Assembly: GCA_977016875.1 (NCBI GenBank)
Contig: CDRNST010000004.1
Location: forward strand, 682,001-746,000
Direction: 5' to 3'
DNA: 64,000 nt
Source: Pavona decussata
Taxonomy: Eukaryota
Of the stretch, positions 47,901 through 58,604 are shown piece after piece (the first letter of the stretch is position 1; each line of letters begins with the position of its first letter). The notes under the pieces are model-generated. The model was not told the origin of the DNA, ran no database searches, and was given only the letters and a program-made list of their open reading frames with translations. Both the position numbers and the translations under genes were made by a program.

Positions 47901-50900
47901 GGCGTATTGTCCTATGAATCTGGAAGATTTTCCTATGGACCAACAAAGATGTCCCATCACCATAGAAAGCTGTGAGTGCAGCAGTATCGTTTTCGATTTG
48001 CACTAAAAGTAAGGTTGGTACTAACAGTGCTGCTAGTAACAAGGAGACAGAGCGGGCTTGCTTACACCAGCAATACAGCTGGTGTTTGCATCTCTTGTGA
48101 TATAACAATAAGGTTAAAGAATTGCCATGTTATATTTTAAGCCTTTATGTATCTTTTCATAGATGTATTTTTTCATTCAGAGCTTTCACAACAGGCCTGT
48201 AGCTCAATGGTAGAGCATTCGAACTAGTTATCGTAAGGATCATAGCTTCGACTCCTGTTGGGAGAACTCGGAATTTCGTTTTTTCGAGTATGCCTGTCAC
48301 TAATGGAGGAAAATACCGCTATCAAGAATTAGTTAAGCGTGTTTTACGCTGTTTGCAGATGGCTACAGTGATGCCCACATCACTTTTAGATGGGAAACGT
48401 CAAATGGAATGGAATTCGTTCCCAATACTTTGCAGATGCACCCACAGTACATCCTTACTGGTATGGAGTTATCAACGTCATTTACTGCTTATGTTGCAGG
48501 TTAGTTATTTCTGGTTATTTACCACTAAAACATAAAAAATGAACAACAACCCCCAGGGAATTATGAAACAGCCTTTATATCCCACCCTATCCCCCCCCTA
48601 CCTAACAGCAGGTGCGGCGAGGAGCGTGATTAGCTGACGCAATATTTTTACAATACAGTGACGGGATGTCGTTATGTTTAAAAAGGAATAATTTAACCCT
48701 TTCGACGTCGTGTTTTAAACAGATGGCAACCGATTTTCTTGACAATATATTTAATCAGTAACGCATGCGTTGAATTCTTCGGAAGTTCACCAAAGCAATA
48801 GCTACCATAAGGGCAGAAGCGACCTTTATGAAACTTATAAATTTGCTTTAACACCCTACGCTACGTATTATGAACAGAGATAGAGGAAGGAATTTCTTTG
48901 TTTGTTTCGGTCGACAAATGCTGGTTGTATGCTGGCTTCAGTATTTATAGTTTGTCGTAGTGAAAGTCAGATGTCTGGGGGGAGTGACCACAAGAGAAAG
49001 AAATGATAAATGTGGATATTAGTATAGCCAGCAAGTTATCTTAGCGACTGCTGGTTAATAAGTCCTATATTCATTAGTTATTTAATTTCGTGTTAATTGA
49101 TCTCATCCTCGATGACCCAGGGACAGCCGAGTCGGGTGTAAGGGACCGAAAATCCCTTACACCCGACTAGCTGCCGCTGGGTCACCGAGGATGACTTGAT
49201 CTGACAACTAAAGGTCATAGACAAATCCCCTTCAATCTTCTCAGTTACTTAGGGTTTATACATTGCTTAAATCGCACTCCCCTGTGTATCCTTTTCGTTG
49301 CATAAAGACACGATTAAGGTCATTAAACAATTTACTGGTATAGACCATTCTCAAGCTGAACGAAGCCTGTTTTGCTGCTTTCTGATACAATCAACACATC
49401 ATGGCAACAAAATTCTGTGTCTTTCTTTGTTTTAGCCAACTGGACTGGGGTAACAGCAACATTCGTTTTCGAACGAATTTACAGTTATTTTATCTACAAT
49501 GTGTATGCGCCCTCAGTGATTGTTGTGATCCTTTCATGGATTGGTTTTTTACTCCCCCGTGAGGTACCTCCAGCTCGCGTGACACTTGCTGTTACTGCAG
49601 TACTGACAATTGTTACCATCCTCACCATGCTCAACAGCTCTATTGCCAAGGTAGGGTGGAAAGGAACGAGTATGCTAAAAGGTTAACTTAGTGCTGTTTG
49701 CGTCAGATAAACATTATCTTGGAACGTTCAAGTTAAGTGGAAAAAGATGTCTTTGAAATCATATTTGTGATAAAGTCAAGTAAATTATAAAGTAGGTCCA
49801 ATTTTGCCAAGTGTACTAGCCGATGCATTTTACAACTAGAACGTCTGCTTTGTGGCCCTCTGTACTCACACTCCGTTATTTACAGTGTCTTGCGTCACCC
49901 AGGTGCAAATCGAGGATACCCACCCCTACTTTATTCTGTGCTGTACTTTTGTATTCATTCCAAACACCCTAGCAACCTTATCAGAACTTCCTTTACGACT
50001 CGAGTTAAGAAAGAAAGCTAAACAAAAGACAGGGGGAAATAAAAAATAATAATAATAGATGAATTTTTGATGATTGAAAAAATCGATAAACAGATAGGTA
50101 ATTAAATGCAAAGGTTAATAAACAAATAAACAGATGGATATTGCTGAACATGAATATGTAGATGAGGCAGGAAAGTAAAACTGGAGTAAATTAAGTATAG
50201 AACAAAGGTTATGTTTATGGGAAAAGTGCTCAGTTTAGTCACTACGTAGATTGAGGCTAAAGCGATTTTTCATTTTCATCTTGTCTTTTGAGTACCTTTT
50301 CACTTGAACGAGGTCTCCAGTTGATTTGACCTGCTTGATGAGAAGACTTCAGTGCCATCAGCGGAATACCCACTATTGTCCGGGTTGGTAGGCAGTTTCA
50401 GAATTGGCTTCAGCTCATATTTCTTCCAGTTGTTTTAAAATTGCACACTTGTAAATTCGGAAGCGGATCTGTAAGGTTATGCAGATGGTATTTATAATTC
50501 CATATAGTTAAGCTGGAAAAGAAGAGGCTTCTTACTTGGACGAAAGTCCCACTTTTATTGTTGTCACGTTTGGCACGATTGATTTTACAGTGATGTGATT
50601 CCTTACTTTGTTATGCCTTTTTTTTCTTTTTTTTTTTTCATTTTAACATTTCTTTTGTTTTATAGGTGAACTACATAAAAAAGATTGACGTGTATCTTAT
50701 TTCCTGTTTTCTGTTTGTGTTTGCCTCCCTGGTGGAGTACTCGATTATTTTATTGCTGTCCTCTCAACTGAAGAAAATGGAAAACAAGAAACATGAAAAG
50801 GTCACGTCCTTTGATGTAAGTTAACGTTTTTAGGTTAAGGGCGCAAGTGCTTTCCTTTCAGTAAAGGAGTATGTCTGTTTCAAGCTTCGTTCGATGTGAA

Positions 50901-52615
50901 CGCAAATTGAGGGAATCATAAACAGAAACAGAATCAATAGCAATACTGTTACTGCTACGACTATGCCTATTACTCCTACTCCTATTGCTGCAACTGTTGA
51001 TAGGCTACTGCTGCCGCTTTCCATATGGGCTGCTGCTACCTCTGCAACAGTCCTGACGTTTACCTAAAGTCATCATTTGACACCGAGTGCAATTCCGACC
51101 AAATCGCCAAAAAGTAAATTGTAAGACCAACATGATTACATTCAGTTCTTTAAACATTTTCACAACAAAATGCTTTGATCCCAACTATGAATATCACGAA
51201 TCTGCCACCCCTAACTGCTCCTTTTTGTCGCGTTTAGGATAATATGGCATATACTTACAACTACAGAATAGAGAACAAACATGAAATAGAAGAAAGACCC
51301 TGTTAGTTATTTTCGCAACTCAAGCGGTCGCGAAAAGCTAGAAAGCCTGAAAAAAATTCAGGCTTGAACAGGATTCCAACGCATAACCTCTGCGATACTG
51401 GTGCAGTGCTCTACCAACTGAGCTATCAAGCCAACTGGGAGCTTGTCATATTGTGAGTTCGTAATATACTCGCGGAGGACGAATAAATGAATATAATGTA
51501 TGAAACAATCTCTTTGTGTTAAGCCTTCTTCTTTCTCGATATCAAATTCTTCTTTTATTGACCTTCTTTTTCTAAGAACTCAGACTCGTGTTATCTGAAG
51601 ACGTTCAATTTTAAGTTGTGCTCCTGGTATTACCAGTTGTATTTATAACTGGTGACTGGTTCAGTGCTCAAACTCTGCGCCGATGCCAGCTAAACATCTT
51701 GTATTCTGTGTATGGGTATGCGCGTACTTTGTGGAGGTGTGGATTGGAGAAGGGAGCTGCGGAGCTGAAGGGCCCTCAGTCGTGCCCTCTTTTCCATTTT
51801 CCATGGCCTGGTCTTGGTCCTAATCCAGACGTCGTTTTTTTTTTTATATTATTATTTATTTATTTTTTTATTGAGTGCACGAACAAATTACAACACGCTT
51901 GTTAAGAAGAGTTGATACTTATACTATTAACAATACAGTGCTAAAAAAAAAATACGAAACTACTTACAATGCGATATTACTAACAAAACGAAACGATACC
52001 TACGCTACTAAGAACAATACTAACACTACGATACAATGCAATTACTCACAAATTAATAAATCTAATATGATTACGTTATGATTCACGGCTAGAGTGCAAA
52101 CAAAAGGTTAATTAACACGTACCCTTTAATAGGGCGGATTTGGTCCGATGTGACCAAGAAAATGAGCGCGAACAAAAATGGGCACGAATTATAAAAATCT
52201 GTGGCAATACTACAGAGTTTGTTAACCAGGCTGATAATTTACCCGGCGATACACAACCAGAAGAAGAAATCGGCCGACAAATTGTAATGTAACGTGTAAA
52301 TTGGCTGATGCGACTGAACCTTCTCACCAGGCCGATAAAATCGTACGTGTTAACTAACCTTAACCATGCGAGCACGGCTTTTTATGACTTGTAATAGTTT
52401 GATTTCTTGTTTTGCAGGAGGAGGACAGCTGTACAAGTGATACCCTTGCAAGACACCCTTCTGAGCGATTCAAAATGGCCTTTGCCTACATCAAAAGTCA
52501 TGTTTACACAACCTCTTTCGTTTGTGGTCTTGACGACTATTCCATTTATCTGTTTCCTGCGGGTTTTGCCCTTTTTAATATTGTTTACTGGCTGAATATT
52601 TTAAAATGTATATAA
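44957..52615 (+). CDS. Cys-loop ligand-gated ion channel subunit, GABA-A/glycine-receptor-like anion channel, 9 coding exons, ~406 aa
   Basis: Exons 44957-45027, 46181-46257, 46444-46511, 47281-47498, 47889-47971, 48359-48499, 49436-49650, 50666-50815, 52418-52615 (1221 nt, phases match). Signal peptide, YDLRIRP, DVFLRQQWVDKRL, IWMPDSYF, Cys-loop CPMNLEDFPMDQQRC, ESYGY, M1 SWIGF, PAR motif before M2, M3 FVFASLVEY, M4 LFP..F..FNIVYW. Confidence 0.93.
46725..46869. other. assembly gap (145 N) inside intron 3 of the Cys-loop gene
   Basis: Run of N; the flanking exons join in phase, so no coding exon needs to be hidden there. Confidence 0.99.
48195..48315 (+). mobile_element. tRNA-derived SINE (family B)
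   Basis: GTAGCTCAATGGTAGAGCA...TTCGACTCC head plus a body shared with 8830-8945; a weaker relic is at ~2485-2600. Confidence 0.65.
49104..49193. mobile_element. 90-bp hairpin MITE with 9-bp TSD (AcademH-like)
   Basis: CATCCTCG...CGAGGATG imperfect palindrome; flanks AATTGATCT and ACTTGATCT. Confidence 0.75.
51314..51505 (-). mobile_element. tRNA-derived SINE (family A)
   Basis: Reverse complement of 63192-63320. Confidence 0.8.
52106..52359. mobile_element. TTAA-type MITE
   Basis: TIR GGTTAATTAACACGTAC / GTACGTGTTAACTAACC, TTAA on the right flank. Confidence 0.55.
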
Positions 52616-52649
52616 CCCTGATGTAAATATCCAAGCCGTGATGTTGTAA

Positions 52650-52731
52650 GTGATATTGTTGCTGTGTATTTATCATTTATCCTTAGCCGAGTGATGTTGT
52701 TGCTGTGTATTTATCATTTATCCTTGGCCGA
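52650..52731. repeat. 41-bp tandem duplication in the Cys-loop gene 3' UTR
   Basis: 52650-52690 and 52691-52731 differ at 2 positions. Confidence 0.9.
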
Positions 52732-52924
52732 TTTGGCTTAAATCAGGGGATGTTTTGCAAGATTGAGCGGGAGAATTGTTTTATTATTCAACACATTGAT
52801 AACAAAGCACACCAGGAGACTATCTTCCGATGTCTTTACTTGTTTAGAGTGCTCTGCCGTTTTATTCCCGACACACGAAATAACGTACATCGCAGGATAT
52901 CTGTATTGTACGGACGCTGAACAG

Positions 52925-53270
52925 TGGAGGTGGTGGTGGTGGTGGTGGTGATAAAGGTGGTGGTCGTGGTGGTAGAGGTGAAGGTGGCGGTGGTGATTCT
53001 GGTGGTAGTGGTAGTAGTGGAGGTGAAGGTGGTGTTGTTGCTGGTGGTGAAGGTGACGGTGGTGGTGGTGGTGGTAGAGGTGAAGGTGACGGTGGTGGTG
53101 GTGGTGGTAGAGGTGAAGGTGACGGTGGTGGTGGTGGTGGTAGAGGTGAAGGTGGCGGTGGTGGTGGAGACGAAAGTGGTGGTGGTGGAGATGAAGGTGG
53201 TGGAGGTGGTGGAGCTGAAGGTGGAGGTGGTGGTGCAGGTGATGGGGTGGTGGATGTATTGGTGTTGGTG
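52925..53270. repeat. (GGT)n-derived microsatellite with a 33-bp higher-order unit
   Basis: GGTGAAGGTGACGGTGGTGGTGGTGGTGGTAGA x3 within a degenerate GGT tract. Confidence 0.9.
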
Positions 53271-54109
53271 TTCCCCTTACAAGTATTCTTGTACAGAAGA
53301 AGTACAGCAGACTATTGGTTACAAAATAAACATTGATCCCTCAGTAATTTGTGTCGAATACAAAGAGTTGAATTGTTCTAAATAAAACGGTTTTCAACAA
53401 TGTGTCCCTTTGCTTAGTTTCTTTTGCTCATTAAATATTCTAATTCGGATTACTGTAATAAACAAAGACAACAAATGACTTTTTTAAGAAAATATGACAG
53501 TAGCTCTACGTATACTGAATAGTTTAATCCCCAGCAGAACTCAACTGAATAAACATAATAACCTCGGTAACCGTGCGTGAAACCTGTCAAACCGGTTTAT
53601 AACGTGTCGGTAAACCTAAAATAGAACATGACAACATCCTATAATTATTCATGTATTCCACAGCACGTTAATGAGATACACCGCATTTTTATTCACGTGA
53701 TCAAAACAATAGCCTATGACGTCTTCGATGTTATTTTATTCCCCCGCAAATTAATGAGATTCCTTCGCAAAAAGAGAGGCAAGACACCCCTGCAATCCTA
53801 CTTTCACGAGTATCAAGTTTCATCCAGCAACAACACGACGCGAGTAGCAAAATCTACGGTGGTTCTTGGAAGGAAACCTAGTCGCATGCTGTTTGTTATT
53901 CAATCTCCACGGGAGCCGCAATGCCTTTCCAATTATATCTATCTTGTGCCATCTTAACCCCTTCGACAACAACCTGCAAATGTCCTCTTTTGAATCACAC
54001 GGCGCTTTCAATTTGTCAGAACTGGTCTGCCAGACCGGCCATTCTGTAAATCGAATACTTCATTTTGAAGGGATGGTGCTGCAATTGTCTTAAAAAATAA
54101 TCACTGGCG

Positions 54110-55395
54110 ATGGGTTTCCCTGGCATGGCAGCAACCCAGGAGATCCCAAATCAAGGAGTCTCCTGTTATCAACATATAGATAATCACCATTTGGGCCGGC
54201 TCAGACCCCACTAACTTGACCAATCTGGCGCTGTTTCACCAAGGCCGGGCGATTTTGAACTGGCAGAAGCGGCTAACCGTGTAGCAGTTTGCTTTTTAAC
54301 CATGCTGGGATCTTTCTAAATATGGCACCGAGTCTGTCTTTGTCTCAGTCCGAACATTACTCTACCTGGGTTTCCGCTGTGATGCGAAGCTTACCGCCTT
54401 TTCTCTATCACGTGACAAGATCGAAAAGCTCGAATCGTTGAGCTTCGAGAGCAGATGTTATTTGAGCAGTCAGTACCGTTGGTATGTCTCCAGACGTTTG
54501 GTAGTGCCAGCAGCGAAACTGTTTACCAAAGAGATGAACCTTCCGGTGTCTAAAGCCCTGAAATCTAAGAAATTCGTCAAGATTACTGGACTCCTACGAA
54601 AGGAACTTAAAATACTGGCGATACTCGCGTTTTTTTGAAACGTGGGATGGCCACATGTCCTGGCGTGAAAAGTTGCATTAGCCTCTAACCCTAACCCGAA
54701 CCTCGGACGCAGCGGGATCCGGTTGGCTTTTTTTTCATTCGCCACCTTATTATGATACAAAATTAATCTACAGAAATTTGTTAAAGTATGGCAGGAAAGC
54801 CCAAAGAAACCGTGAGGCTGATACAACGTGGGCTTTCCATGCTAAATTGCTAAGAATAAACTTAATATTAATTTAACTGAACGGCAAAGGCAGAGTAAAA
54901 ATAATACGAAAAAAAAAGGCATCAAAAATAAGATGACAAAGAACAAAGCTGACAAGAAAAGGAAGAAGAAGAAGGGGGTGGAGGGAAGGAACATGTTAAG
55001 AACAAAGGAGTTTCTTCAGATTTTTCTTAAAAGTAGATACACTAACTGAACTTACCACCTCTGGACTAAGCAAATTAAAAAAACAAGGGACCTTGGTATT
55101 GAAACGAAAAACGTCTTATGTTATTTTTGCCCTTAGGAACATGAAAGGAACTGGCCGAATTCCTGGTATCATAACCATGAACCCGATCCCTTCTTAGAAA
55201 GGTGTTGGTGGCTTGGGGCGCTGTTGAATAGTGACGGACACCCCGTCAAAGAGGATGGCGACTTTTGGGGTGAAGCAATGCTCTCTTGTCCTACCCGTGT
55301 GACAAAAAACACATTTGCTCTCTCCCGTACGCTTAGGGCCCTAGGCGATGTAGTGAAGGATTGTCACGTTCACGTCCTGGTCGACAGCCCAGTAT
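54110..55395 (+). mobile_element. decayed DIRS/Ngaro-like (tyrosine-recombinase retrotransposon) RT-RNase H relic, interrupted at ~54670-55200
   Basis: GVSCYQHIDNHHLGRL (YIDD-derived), DFELAEAA, LLYLGFRCD, VPAAKLFTKEMN, AWGAV...GDFW...ALSRTL...VHVLVDS, with stops and frameshifts. Confidence 0.65.
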
Positions 55396-55488
55396 TACTT
55401 CTCTGCCCTACTTATCATCTTATGCCGTTCGTAACCCTACATGTCAATTTTTTACCATACATGTCTATTCGTAACTCTACTCAAGTTC

Positions 55489-55657
55489 TCCATCCTTTGC
55501 CGTCCTTATTCTTTCTTGTCCATCCATAGCCGTCCTTTGCCCTATTTGTCCATCCTTAGCTGTCCTTTGCCCTACTTGTCCATTCTTAGCTGTCCTTTTC
55601 CATACTTGTCCATCCTTAGCTGTCCTTTGCTCTACTTGTCCATCCTTTGCCGTCCTT
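55489..55657. repeat. 30-bp minisatellite (~5.5 copies)
   Basis: Unit ~TCCATCCTTAGCTGTCCTTTGCCCTACTTG. Confidence 0.9.
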
Positions 55658-57170
55658 AAGAGCGATTTTCCATTTGTTGATGGCTTTAGTGATCCAGTGG
55701 TAAAAAGAACTCTCGTCATTATAATACAATACAATAATACAATAAAACTTTATTGATTCCATCCACTAATGGTTTTTCAGAAACCAATTACAATGAGATA
55801 TATAAAAGAAGCAAACTACAATATAAATACTATACAATACAATATAAAATACTATAAGGATAATGCGTATGTTACACATCCTCAGAACTACCAGCGAATT
55901 AAAATACAACATCATAAGATTTGCATTGCAATCATTTTCTAAAAATCTATAAAAAGCGCGATTCATGATTTGTTTTTTAAAAGAGTCTAAAGAGCTAATA
56001 TCCCGAATCTCCTTAGGTAGACTTTTCCACAGAGAAGTACCCCTGTATTTAAATGATCGCTGTGCTGTAGTTGTTCTGTAGAGAGGTACATGCAGTTTGT
56101 CCTTATTTCTAGTATTTCCTTCATAGATCTCCGATCTTGTCGTGAAAAAATGTCCTAAAGTGAGACCGTTGAGGTTTTTGTAAGTCATAATAGTGTCCCT
56201 GACCTCCAGCTGCATAGCAAGCGGAAGCTAGCGTAGCTCTTTCAAATAGGGGGTGATATGTTCGAATTTACGTGTACCAGTTACGATTCGCACAGCACAC
56301 TTCTGTACCTTTTGCAACCTTTCGATATTTTTCTTGGTCGCACCCGCCCACACAGACAAACAGTAGAGCAGCTTACTAAACACCAAAGCATTTATGATTG
56401 TGATCAGTGTTGATCTGTCAAATAAGTGCTTGACACGATTTAATTGACACAAGCTACCTGTACATTTGGATACTAAGTCAGTGACATGTTCATCGAAACT
56501 TAGATGTGAATCCAGAACAAGCCCCAGACTTTTGGCAGAAAAGGATGGTGATATCTCTTTGCCAAGTAAGGAAACAGCAAATCCCTCTGATACGCGAGCC
56601 AGCATCTGAGGAGTCCCGAGCAGCAACAACTTCGTCTTGTCCGGGTTAATCAAGAGACTATGCGCACAGCACCAGGCGGCAATCCTTTGTAGATCTTCGA
56701 TCAAATGCACCTCCGCCACCTCTGTCTCTTTGACTCGAAAAGAAAAATATAACTGCGAATCATCGACATAACTCTTCAGGGAGCAAAGGTTCGGAAGATC
56801 GTTTATGTAGATGTTGAAAAGCGCCGGTCCCAAACTCGATCCCTGAGGCACACCATGTACTACCTCCCTGAGATCCGACACTTCGTGGTCATTCCTGCAG
56901 CATCGGAGGTTTGGATGGATTCTGAACACTGCGTCCCACTGAGTGTGTCTTAGTACAATTTATTGGAACAACATCCAACCCTGGCATAGTCAAAGATCTA
57001 CGAGAGCAAATTTTGGGAACCCAGTCTTATTTGCATGATATGATATGTCGGATATTAATGTTTCCAGGGCACAAAGTCACCTTTGTCAATGAAAAAGTCC
57101 AAAGACAAACAGGAAGTAATAACTGTGGCCTTTTTGCACTAGCCTTTGCAACAGACTTGTGCTTTTGTCT
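55657..57170 (+). pseudogene. Ulp1/C48-like cysteine protease relic (transposon-borne type), split by a LINE insertion
   Basis: Rejoined halves read KSDFPFVDGFSDPVVKRTLVIPAASE..ILNTASH*VCLSTI..IYES..VQRQTGSNNCGLFALAFATDLC, with frameshifts. Confidence 0.65.
55721..56887 (-). mobile_element. 5'-truncated CR1/L2-group LINE (RT C-terminal half plus 3' UTR)
   Basis: GVPQGSSLGPALFNIYINDL, YVDD, INPDKTK, LGLVLD; one in-frame TAG at 56230-56228 (LKELR*LP); AATAAA then an (ATTGT)n tail; GTCATT on both flanks. Confidence 0.92.
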
Positions 57171-58185
57171 GAAGTTACAACAATAACTGTCAATAACAGT
57201 AACTAAATTTCATAACAACTATAAAAAGGCGATTTACAACATATTATTACAAGTTTTGTTCCATATTTCAATCTAATGAGTCGGTAGTTCAGGGTAGCAA
57301 AGGCACTCTTATGGCATCACTTATATCTCAAAACAATAGTTAATGAAAATCCCCCACCGTTAATTTAATTAAAATTTCTCTTGCAATTGTCGTTGAGCTA
57401 TACAAAAGCATTGGCAAGTGGTACCAGGCAAATACCATCCAGTCTTGTCTTGTGAGTGTTTAGGATGGACAAATGAGTAAAACGTGCTTGATGCATTTGA
57501 GAACGAAGCCAGGTTTTCCACTCATCTAGTGGCTGAAAACGAACACTCTCCTTTTGAACCGGTGGCAGGAGTAACGTGTACTAGCTGACAGATTTTTGCC
57601 ACGGCCAATTAAATCTTGCTCGTGGACATTCAAAGATTTCGCGTCGCGCGTCACTCGCGCTTCTTGTAAACAAGAAATGCTGGCTGGTTGAAATGCTCTT
57701 TTATAGCAGATTTTAAACAATCTAATGCTTCAAAGTATAGTCCTCGGTAGTAGTCACGAGCTGTCTGTGCTCGGATGTTGTGGTTCACTAGTACCCACCT
57801 CATAACGTGATGGGGCGCGTCATTTTCTTAGGAGAATCAATATTCTCTTTTACTTTTCATACGTACCTGCCACTAAAAAAAGAAATATCGTCCTCGAGTG
57901 CTTTAGATGCAGAGAGTGGTATCATATTACATATGTTACCATACCAGCATGGGTAGTTAACTCCAGCAGAAACTGGAATTGTGACAGGTGCAAGGAAGCT
58001 GCAGCAAAACTTAAAACAAATAAACTGCTCACAGTTTGGAGCCATGAGAGTATCAGATAGACTTTTAAATGTGTAATATATCTTATTTGATAGTTCCAAT
58101 TTATTTTTAGCACTAACCTGGGCCATTAGTCAATTTATGACAATGCTAATCAAGCCTCCAGAAATACAATAGTAAAGAGCCACAT

Positions 58186-58352
58186 AATAGGCCAATTTTA
58201 ATATGACAAAATTCATACTTGGTTCCGAGGCTATGGGTAATAAATAAAAGGAATTAATTCTTGATCCATGGACCTCAATGTGATTTCTTTTGTTTTATTC
58301 CACGAAGCCTCACAGCCATGTATGAATTTTAGTATATTGAAATTGGTTTATT
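58186..58352. mobile_element. small palindromic MITE
   Basis: AATAGGCCAATTTTAATAT..AAAATTCATAC inverted as GTATGAATTTT..ATATTGAAATTGGTTTATT. Confidence 0.6.
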
Positions 58353-58604
58353 GTGACCACAAACTTTCACAAATGCCTTAGAAACAGGACAAGTATTCTA
58401 CTGACACGAATTTATTGGATACACTTTGTTAATTTAATTACTACGTTAATTTAAGACAAACCAACACAACACTTTTATGGTTCTACAGGCGCCTTTATTC
58501 CCATCACAAAATTAGACAATCTACACACCTAAAAAAACTGTTAACTCTCCTATTCTAATAACAGACGCTTTCGATAAACATTTAAGGATAAAAATCAACT
58601 CTTC

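Noticed and set aside
52924-53385. 153-aa poly-Val ORF and the alternative Gly-rich frame
   Set aside because: Translation of a (GGT)n microsatellite; the Val ORF starts at GTG and the Gly frame has no ATG ahead of the tract.
54683-54703. Telomere-like TAACCC repeats
   Set aside because: Only 2-3 degenerate units.
55441-55734. Repeat-protein ORFs (RTAKDGQV / LSILSCPLPY)
   Set aside because: Translations of a 30-bp minisatellite.
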